Assembly: GCA_965220225.1 (NCBI GenBank)
Contig: OZ244813.1
Span: forward strand, 1,891,385 to 1,955,384
Direction of reading: 5' to 3'
Origin: Dehalococcoidia bacterium
GTDB taxonomy: Bacteria; Chloroflexota; Dehalococcoidia; Lucifugimonadales; Australimonadaceae
Length of the DNA stretch: 64,000 bases
Shown here: positions 56,842 to 64,000 of the stretch, piece after piece
Layout of the letters: each line of letters starts with the position of its first letter
Position numbering within the stretch: position 1 is the first letter of the stretch
Notes under the pieces: model-generated
Seen by the model: only the letters and a program-made list of their open reading frames with translations
What the model was told of the DNA's origin: nothing
The model's database searches: none
Program-made: the position numbers and the translations under genes

Positions 56842-57968
56842 TAGGTCAACAACCCTGACCACGCGTACCCGCCTTGGTCTGCACACGGATACCCCACCTC
56901 CATCCTTGACTCGGAGAAATCAGCGTGCGACTGCCACCTGGTGCTCTGCTCCATGAAGGAGAATGTGCAGCAGACCCATCTGCTCGGCGGGTGGTGAACA
57001 GGAAGAACAGCAGGCCGGGGGCCGGCTGCCCCCCCCGGCCTTCCATCGCATACGCACCGCGTGCTCACCCGCACTCTTCGGGCTAGCCCCTGCTAGGGGA
57101 GCTCGGCCGCATCCTTGAATTAGCCGCTTGGGGAAGTCCTCTGGGAAGAAGGAGGGATTGACATGATGGACCCACTGCCGACGCAGTCACGGTGTCCTAT
57201 CCACTGGTACCCAGACGACGATCATGCTGTCCCAGCCGATGTGCGTGCCCTAGCCTCCGAGGAACACGCGTGGCGAGATTCACGGTGACGAGCATCGCAC
57301 CGCCGTTGAGTCATTCGCCTTTCCGCCACTGCTGGAACTGCTTCGGGCCCACGCCGATGCAGCACACCACATCCTCGCGGGATGCTATTCGCGGCGAACG
57401 TCGGACCGCAGGGACAGCACTACAGACTGACTCACGAGGATGCAGGCCGAGCGCTCAGCGTTCAGGTCGACGTCTACGGCGGTGACCAATCCTCTTCGAA
57501 CAGGCCCACGGGAGACGAGAGCACCGCTTCATAGGCGGCTACCTTCCGCTCCCGGGCAGTCGAGTAGGCAGCATCCGCGTTGACGATAGCTTCCGGGTCG
57601 CCGGAGTCCTTTGCAGGTCCGAGCTCCTCTCCATCCCCAAGGTCGACCCCCGCTTCGCCGGATCGCCTCTCGTCGTTCACTACTGCGACCTCCTCCCACA
57701 CTACGACTCCAATCGAGACCTGCGTCGCTATGTGCCGCAAGGCTGCAGGGAAGCTGCATGCCACAAGGCGCCAAGTTCTAGGCGTTCACCTATGGCGACG
57801 TCTGTGTGAATCCCCGCGCTGTGAATCTCGCAACAGCGGAGGATGGTGACGCATTACTGTTCACCGCAAGGATGCTGCACTGGATGAGTGGCAAGCCGAG
57901 CAGGGGACATGGCTTCGCCAAAATGGACGGCCTGAGCTTATCTCTGCCCCGGTTCCAAGTTCCGCCTC

Positions 57969-60900
57969 CTAGCGCGAGCGAGCGTAGATGTAGACCGCTA
58001 CCGCGATGAGCGCGATGACGAGCAGCGCGACCGCCCATACCCAGGCGGGCACGCCGCCGCCATCGCCTGGTTCCACCGGTGGAGGAGCGGGCGTCATCGT
58101 GGGCTCCGGAACAGGCGTGGTCGTCGGTTGGGGAGTGGGCGTGGCGGCGGGTTGCAGTGTGGGCGTGGCCGTGGGTTGCGGCGTGGGCGTGGCCGTGGGC
58201 TCCGGAACAGGCGTGGTCGTCGGTTGGAGAGTGGGCGTGGCCGTGGGTTGCGGCGTGGGCGTGGCCGTGGGTTGCGGCGTGGGCGTGGCCGTGGGTTGCG
58301 GCGTGGGCGTGGCCGTGGGTTGCGGCGTGGGCGTGGCCGTGGGTTGCGGCGTAGGCGTTCCCGTGGGCTGCGGCGTAGGCGTTCCCGTGGGCTGCTGGGG
58401 GGCGGTGACGGTGACGATTACGGTGATGTCGTCCGAGTCATATTCGCTGTCGCGCACGAGCACGACCAAGCGGTACGTGCCCTGCTCCTCGTGATCGAGC
58501 GCGATACGCGTGCGGATCTGACCCGTGTCCGCGTCGACCGAGAACGCCTTGCGCGCTGCGCTGTCGCCGCTGACCGTCCACACGAGGCGGGTGGAGTCTC
58601 TGTCCCTGACGCGCAGCGGACCGCCAACCGACGCACCGGGCTCGAGGCCCGACGCGACCGTCCGCGTCGTCTCGCGCCCCTCCAAGAACACCGGCGGTGC
58701 GTTGGACGACGCGGTGGAGGCGCGACCGCCTCCGCCGCTGCCACTGCCACTACCGGCACTGGTCGGGGGTGGGTCGTTATCGCGCACCGCTACCGCCGCC
58801 GTTGCCGATGCCGGTGAGCCGAGGGTGTAGCCGCTGCCAGCATTCAGCGTCACCCTCACCGAGCCGTTCGACTCGTCTGCGCTATCGTTCACCGTCGGGA
58901 TGGTGAACGTCGTACTGCGCCCACTGAGGCTGCGTGTCTTGCCGCTGCCGAGCTCCCCTGAGGCCACGAACCGCCCGCTCTGCGTCACCGTGTAGCGCAC
59001 GGTGATGCCCCCGCCCGGCACGGGGTTCGACGAGACGGTGAAGGAAGCGCTGCCGCCCTCCGTCACAGCGGAGCCGCCGCGGATGGTCAGCACCGGGACT
59101 CCCGCCGTATCGTTGTCCGTGATCGTCAGCGTGTGAACACGCGTTGCCCCCCGGTTGTATCCCTGACCGCTGGCCAAGGTCAGTACCACCGTCTCCGCGC
59201 TCTCCGCCGCGCCGTCGTCGGTGATGGCGACGGGGATGGTGGCAGTGCCGGAGGTGCCCACCTGTATGGTCCCGGTGTTGCTCGTCACGCCGCTGATGGT
59301 GTAATCCGTGCCCCGAGTCGCCGTGCCGGAGATCGCGTAACTCACTGTGACCGTGGCCGTTGGGGTCGGGTTCAGGTTCAACGTGACGTTGCGCGTTCCC
59401 GCGCTCTCCGCAGCGCTCGATGCGGACCGCGCGAAGTTCGCCACAGGCGTCCCCGTCCCGTCGTTGTCGGTGACTGTCAGCGTGTGGACACGTGTCGTTC
59501 CAAGCGCGTAGCCCGTGCCGGTGTTCAGGGTCAGAATCACCGTCTCCGAGCTCTCCGCGGTGTTGTCGTCGGTTATGGCGACGGGGATATCGACGAAGGT
59601 GGCCCCCCCGATAACGCTAGCCGTGCCGCTGTTGCTGGTCACCCCGCTGATGCCGTAGTCCGTCCCCCGCACCGCCGTGCCGGAAAGCGTGTAGTTGACC
59701 GTGATGTTCTGGTATGGCGTGGGGCTGAGGTTGACACGGACGTTACGCGTCCCCCCGCCCTCGGCGAAGGTGCCCGCGCCCGACGCGAACTGCGCCGTCG
59801 GCACATCGTTGTCGTTCACCGTCACCGTTGCCGACGACGGCGAGCCAATGGTGTATCCCGTGCCGTTGTTCAGCGCGACCGTCACCGAGCCGTTCGCCTC
59901 GTCCAAGTTATCGTTCAGCGTCGGAATCGTGAACGTCGTGTTGCTTGCGCTGATGGGGCGCGACTTGTTGCTGCCGAGTTGCCCGGAGGCCACGAACTGC
60001 CCGTTCTGCGAGACCGTATAGCGCACAGTGATGCTCCCGCTCGGCGCGGGGTTCGACGAGATGGTGAACGAGGCGTTGTTGCCCTCGGTCACGGCGGAGC
60101 CGCCGGCGATGGTCAGCACTGGTGTCCCGCCGCCCCCGTCGCTGGCGCTGATGGTGCGCGTGTGGATGAGCGGCTCGTTGCGCGCGTATTGCGTGCTGCT
60201 GAGGATCGTCACGATGATGGTCTCCGCGCCCTCCCCCGCGCTGTCGTCGATGATGGCGATGGGGATGTTGACGGAGGTGGTGCCCGCGCTGACGGTCATC
60301 GTGCGGCTGGTGCCGGTCCCGCCGCTGACGGTGTAGTCCGTGCCGAGGGTCGCCGTGCCGGACAGCTCGTACTTCAGCGTGATGTTGCCGGATGGCGCGG
60401 GGTTGAAGTTCAGCACCAGGTCCGTCGAGCCCGAGTTCTCGCTCACGGTCGATGTCGCCGCAGCGAAGGAGACCTGCGGCGTGACCGGCTGATCGTCGTC
60501 ATTGATGGACACGGTGGCCGAGGCACTCGTCATCGACGGCGTATAGCCCGTGCCCGTATCGACGGTCACTGTCACGGAGCCGTTCGCCTCATCGACGTTG
60601 TCGTCCCCCGTGGAGACGGTGATGGACGCGCTTCCGGTCGTCGGGATGGCGACCGTGCGTGAACCGGGAGTTACGCCGAAGTCGCCCGTCTGTGTCACGC
60701 TCAGGTTCACTGTGATGGTCGCACTCGGCGCGGGGCTGGCAGTGACGGTGAACGTGGCGTTGTTGCCCTCCGTGACCGCCCCCGCGTCCGCAGTGATGGA
60801 GACTGTGGGGGTGGCAGCGGGGGTCTCCGCCTGGAAGATCTGCGAGATGCCCAGGATGCGGCGGGAGCCGACCTTACCCTCGGCAGCCTGGCTGACGGGG

Positions 60901-63797
60901 TTGTTGCTCGCGCCCCACTGACCCAGACGGACATTCGCCCCGGAGTGCCCCAGTGGATCGGTCGAGGCGGTTCCGGCCGTGGCGTGGGTCGTGCCCGTCT
61001 GTGTGCCGGTCCATGTCTTCACTGCGCTGGCCACAGCCTGCCCGTCGGTCCCACGCGTATCGTTAGCCAACTGAGCGTCCCAGGTGCCGTCCCAGAAGTC
61101 GTTGTGGTCGTCGGCGATCTTGCCGCCCCCCAGCCAGTGGATGGGCGTCGTCCATGCCGTGTGGCCATATGTGCTGTCGCTGCTCTGGAGGATACCCGTC
61201 GCGGTGTGGAAGGCGGCGTCCACTGCCTCCGTGCTTCCCACCATCCGGAACGTCGAAGAGTAGTCCTGAATGGCTGCGTGTGGCGTTGGCGTCGTGCCCG
61301 ATGCGGACGCGTCCGACTGCACCCACGCGTCGTAGGTGGCGATGTCTGCGTTCTCGGCATTCCGTGCGTCGCCGAGGAAGACGAGGCGGAACTGCTGGCC
61401 CGCCGTGATGCCGACGGGAGTTAGTGCCCAGTCGTTTGGAACGACGTTCACGTCGACGATCTGCACTGTCACAGATCCGGTGTCCGGGTCCGGGGCGTAG
61501 CCGGAAGGCACAGACGTCACGGTCAGCGTGAACGCCTCTGCCCCCTCGATTTTGGTGTCCGCGGGGATGCTCAGGTCGAATGTGGCGGAGGTCTGTCCGG
61601 CCGGTATGGTCAGGTTCCACGGGCCGCCGGTCCAATCGTCGGGAGTGGCGGTCCCCGCCGTCGCGGTGACCGTAACGGTGATGTCGGAGAGCTGCGCCTC
61701 CGAGATGACCACGGGGATCGACAACGTCGTGCCTTCGCGGATGTTGTAGCCGTCCTCGCGCTCGAAGCCGAAAGTCGGCACCGGCTCCACCTCGAACACC
61801 GTCGAGAGGCCATAGAGGCGCCCTTGAGCGTTGCGCTGAGTGGCTCCATGGGAGATCGGATCGCCGCCGGAGAGGATGCCCCTGATCACGTATCTGTTAC
61901 CGACGCTGTATCTGCCCAGGGTGTTGCGACCTGTATCTTTCGTGCCGTCGGGTTCACTGCCGGTCAGGACATCGTTGTTGCTGCCTTGCTTGTCTCCGTG
62001 TTCCGTTTTGTAGTTCCCGGCTGTCCACGTGTTGTCGCTGTCGTTGTCAACATGGAGGAAGTGGTGGTAGTTGTTGGCGATCTTGTCGCCGTTGATCCAG
62101 TAGATAGGGATGCCGGACGAGCTGTTGCCGGTTGAGTCGTCGGTGTAGGCGTTCGTGTCCGCGTCCCACAGGCCGGTGTTCAACCGCGCGTCGATATCTC
62201 CGGTAGAGGCGAAGACGCCGAAGAGCTTGCTGTACGCCCGGATGTCGCTGTGCCCGTTCGCCGCCGCGTCCCGCACGAAGGCGTTGAAGACATCAATGCT
62301 ATCGTCATCGGCAGTCCGCGTATTCTTGGTCACGAACAGCAGGCGGAACCGGTCGCCGATGTTCAAGCCCTCCGGACGCAGCGGCCAATCGTAGGGAACG
62401 AGGGTAAGGGGGATGACGTTGTTGATATCCACCGTGACGGTCGCGGCGCTCGGGTCCACTAAGTAGCCCGACGGGACCGACGTGAAGGTCAGCGTGAACC
62501 GCTCCATCGTCTCGTGGAGGCTGCTGTCACCGGCTATCTCTATGTCGAATGACACGGACGTCTGGCCGCTCGCTAGCGTGACGGTCCAGGGGCCGCCGGA
62601 CCAGTCATCGGCGTCGGCTGTGTCCGGCGTGGCGGTGATTGTGATGGTCACGTCGGACGTATGCGCCTCCGAGGCCGTTAGCGACACCGTCAGCGTCTCA
62701 CCTTCGTCGAGGGTGAAGCTGGTCGTATCGAAGCTGAGCGTCTTCGCGGCAACCTCGAACACGCCGGACAGGCCGATGTACACGTTGTCGCTGCCCACCG
62801 GGATGTCGCCCTGGTTGATGGGGTTCTGGCCCCCGGTACCGCCCCAGCGGGTATGGGTGCCGGAAGTACCCAACTGCTTGCCGGATATCGCGACACCGGC
62901 GTTCGAGTGCTGGTTGCCGGTCGAGGTGCCGGTGTTGGGGCCTCTCGTATTGGTGGAAGCGTTGCCGTTGGCATTGCGCATATGGGCATCGTTGTTGTTG
63001 TCCCAAGTGCCGTCGTAGAAGTCGTTGTAGTCGTCGGCGATCTTCGGGCCGTTCAGCCAGTAGATCTTGTGCGACAAATCCGTGTGGCTGGGCTCACCGC
63101 TCACCATGATGCCGGTGGCGGTGTGCCAGGCGGCGTCGACGGCGGGAGTGCTGCCCACCACCCGGAAGGTCGGCGCGTACTGACGGATGTCGGTGTGGCC
63201 GGTGCTCGAGCCGCTGATGCGGTTGCGCACGAAGGTGTCGTAGTCGCCGATATTGGCGGAGTTGGCATCGCGCTCAGTTTCGGTCTTGAACAGCAGCCGG
63301 AACTGCTCGCCGGGGTTCACATCGCTGGGTATGAGACTCCAGTTCTCGGGCACGATGCTCACGTTCACGACCTGGACGCTGGCCGAGCTGTTCGTGCCCA
63401 ACGCGAAACCGGACGGCGGGGAGTCTATGGTGATGGTGAGCGTCTCGTAGTCCTCGATATGACTGTCTGCAAGGATGGGGATGTTGCAGACGTGGGCATT
63501 TCGGCCGGAAGGAACGGTGCAGGTGTGCGGACCTGCGGCGAAGTCCGTGCCCGCCGTAGCCGTGCCCGCAGTGGTGGTGATGGAGAACGTCGCTTGGGAT
63601 GAGGTTGCTATGCTGAAAGTCAGTGTCGGTGAAAGGTTCCTGCCTTCGAGCACGTTGTAATCGGCACGCTCGAACTGGACGGTAATGGTGGACTGTGCGC
63701 TGGACTCAGGCGCGGGGAGCCCCCACAACAGAAGCGCCGCCAGCGCGGCAATCAGCGCGGGCGTCAGTAGCCTGCGCATCATTGCCACGGCGCTCAT
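57969..63797 (-). CDS. giant (1942 aa) surface protein: three [beta-sandwich + ~210-aa uncharacterised module] units, ~9 Calx-beta domains, one cadherin-like domain, P/T octapeptide repeats and a C-terminal TM anchor
   Basis: Signal peptide [34 protein letters not shown]. Calx-beta motifs such as [12 protein letters not shown]...[21 protein letters not shown]. Cadherin-like NAPPVFLEG...[21 protein letters not shown]. (TPTPQPTA)n. Then [30 protein letters not shown]. Confidence 0.9.
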   Translation of the reverse strand: MSAVAMMRRLLTPALIAALAALLLWGLPAPESSAQSTITVQFERADYNVLEGRNLSPTLTFSIATSSQATFSITTTAGTATAGTDFAAGPHTCTVPSGRNAHVCNIPILADSHIEDYETLTITIDSPPSGFALGTNSSASVQVVNVSIVPENWSLIPSDVNPGEQFRLLFKTETERDANSANIGDYDTFVRNRISGSSTGHTDIRQYAPTFRVVGSTPAVDAAWHTATGIMVSGEPSHTDLSHKIYWLNGPKIADDYNDFYDGTWDNNNDAHMRNANGNASTNTRGPNTGTSTGNQHSNAGVAISGKQLGTSGTHTRWGGTGGQNPINQGDIPVGSDNVYIGLSGVFEVAAKTLSFDTTSFTLDEGETLTVSLTASEAHTSDVTITITATPDTADADDWSGGPWTVTLASGQTSVSFDIEIAGDSSLHETMERFTLTFTSVPSGYLVDPSAATVTVDINNVIPLTLVPYDWPLRPEGLNIGDRFRLLFVTKNTRTADDDSIDVFNAFVRDAAANGHSDIRAYSKLFGVFASTGDIDARLNTGLWDADTNAYTDDSTGNSSSGIPIYWINGDKIANNYHHFLHVDNDSDNTWTAGNYKTEHGDKQGSNNDVLTGSEPDGTKDTGRNTLGRYSVGNRYVIRGILSGGDPISHGATQRNAQGRLYGLSTVFEVEPVPTFGFEREDGYNIREGTTLSIPVVISEAQLSDITVTVTATAGTATPDDWTGGPWNLTIPAGQTSATFDLSIPADTKIEGAEAFTLTVTSVPSGYAPDPDTGSVTVQIVDVNVVPNDWALTPVGITAGQQFRLVFLGDARNAENADIATYDAWVQSDASASGTTPTPHAAIQDYSSTFRMVGSTEAVDAAFHTATGILQSSDSTYGHTAWTTPIHWLGGGKIADDHNDFWDGTWDAQLANDTRGTDGQAVASAVKTWTGTQTGTTHATAGTASTDPLGHSGANVRLGQWGASNNPVSQAAEGKVGSRRILGISQIFQAETPAATPTVSITADAGAVTEGNNATFTVTASPAPSATITVNLSVTQTGDFGVTPGSRTVAIPTTGSASITVSTGDDNVDEANGSVTVTVDTGTGYTPSMTSASATVSINDDDQPVTPQVSFAAATSTVSENSGSTDLVLNFNPAPSGNITLKYELSGTATLGTDYTVSGGTGTSRTMTVSAGTTSVNIPIAIIDDSAGEGAETIIVTILSSTQYARNEPLIHTRTISASDGGGGTPVLTIAGGSAVTEGNNASFTISSNPAPSGSITVRYTVSQNGQFVASGQLGSNKSRPISASNTTFTIPTLNDNLDEANGSVTVALNNGTGYTIGSPSSATVTVNDNDVPTAQFASGAGTFAEGGGTRNVRVNLSPTPYQNITVNYTLSGTAVRGTDYGISGVTSNSGTASVIGGATFVDIPVAITDDNTAESSETVILTLNTGTGYALGTTRVHTLTVTDNDGTGTPVANFARSASSAAESAGTRNVTLNLNPTPTATVTVSYAISGTATRGTDYTISGVTSNTGTIQVGTSGTATIPVAITDDGAAESAETVVLTLASGQGYNRGATRVHTLTITDNDTAGVPVLTIRGGSAVTEGGSASFTVSSNPVPGGGITVRYTVTQSGRFVASGELGSGKTRSLSGRSTTFTIPTVNDSADESNGSVRVTLNAGSGYTLGSPASATAAVAVRDNDPPPTSAGSGSGSGGGGRASTASSNAPPVFLEGRETTRTVASGLEPGASVGGPLRVRDRDSTRLVWTVSGDSAARKAFSVDADTGQIRTRIALDHEEQGTYRLVVLVRDSEYDSDDITVIVTVTAPQQPTGTPTPQPTGTPTPQPTATPTPQPTATPTPQPTATPTPQPTATPTPQPTATPTLQPTTTPVPEPTATPTPQPTATPTLQPAATPTPQPTTTPVPEPTMTPAPPPVEPGDGGGVPAWVWAVALLVIALIAVAVYIYARSR
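58100..58395. repeat. 24-bp tandem repeat array encoding (TPTPQPTA)n
   Basis: GGCGTGGGCGTGGCCGTGGGTTGC repeats head to tail about 12 times with minor variants. Confidence 0.9.
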
Positions 63798-63829
63798 GCT
63801 ACGCGCCTCGGTGTGTTTGTGAAATTAGC

Positions 63830-63841
63830 GGGGGGGGGGGG
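63830..63841. repeat. G12 (C12 on the gene strand) homopolymer 33-44 nt upstream of the 1942-aa gene start
   Basis: Gene-strand context: CTTACATACCACTA-CCCCCCCCCCCC-GCTAATTTCACAAACACACCGAGGCGCGTAGC-ATG. Confidence 0.95.
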
Positions 63842-64000
63842 TAGTGGTATGTAAGGGGTGGAATCAGGCGTGGCTAACGCATGGGAAGGCGCACGGGAGT
63901 CCTGCATCTTGGTGATGTCAAAACCCCGATGCTGGAGGCTCCCATGCTCCTCCCGAGGGAATGCTGTCAGGTTCAGAAGATCAACTCCCAAGGCAACCGG

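Noticed and set aside
57969-63797. Diversity-generating retroelement targeting the lectin-like modules.
   Set aside because: There is no reverse transcriptase gene and no template/variable repeat pair with adenine-specific mismatches in the window. The three modules are anciently diverged.

Overview
GC-rich bacterial chromosome segment in two very different halves. Positions 1-19354 are ordinary, tightly packed housekeeping genes with no disruptions. They include a partial Mo-hydroxylase subunit, a Rieske ferredoxin, an SDR, tRNA-His, a bicupin, pepA, degV, yggT, proC, pdxA, nrdR, a stripped-down rsmH-ftsA-ftsZ division cluster, a class-V aminotransferase, a methyltransferase, a lactate permease, a fused homocysteine methyltransferase/MTHFR and tRNA-Ala. 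Directly after tRNA-Ala the character changes. From 19355 to about 46200 lies a mosaic accessory region full of decayed mobile-element genes. These comprise several XRE-type HTH paralogs, a RecQ stub, an IS1595 transposase, a PriCT-like primase fragment and an integrase remnant. Between them sit intact cargo genes: an EEP nuclease/phosphatase, a TPR protein, two paralogous HNH endonucleases, an MMPL/RND exporter, orphan solute-binding proteins, a ProV-like ATPase, a K+ channel and an array of micro-ORFs. From 46441 to 63797 there is a 17-kb minus-strand surface-protein supercluster: a 1667-aa and a 1942-aa Calx-beta giant, a cadherin-repeat protein and a smaller P/T-repeat protein. Points most worth follow-up: (1) a G12 tract that splits the cadherin gene, and a matching 12-nt tract just upstream of the 1942-aa gene, suggesting phase variation; (2) five near-identical 366-bp tandem repeats in the 1667-aa gene; (3) a shared C-terminal 'P/T linker - GG motif - TM helix - basic tail' anchor on three surface proteins; (4) a ~190-nt module present twice in opposite orientation, with interleaved inverted repeats; (5) an HNH nuclease fused in frame to a lipoprotein-like domain, downstream of two coupled mini membrane genes; (6) a cluster of in-frame TAG codons and G-run frameshifts confined to the island. 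All functional calls come from reading the translations. No database search was possible.
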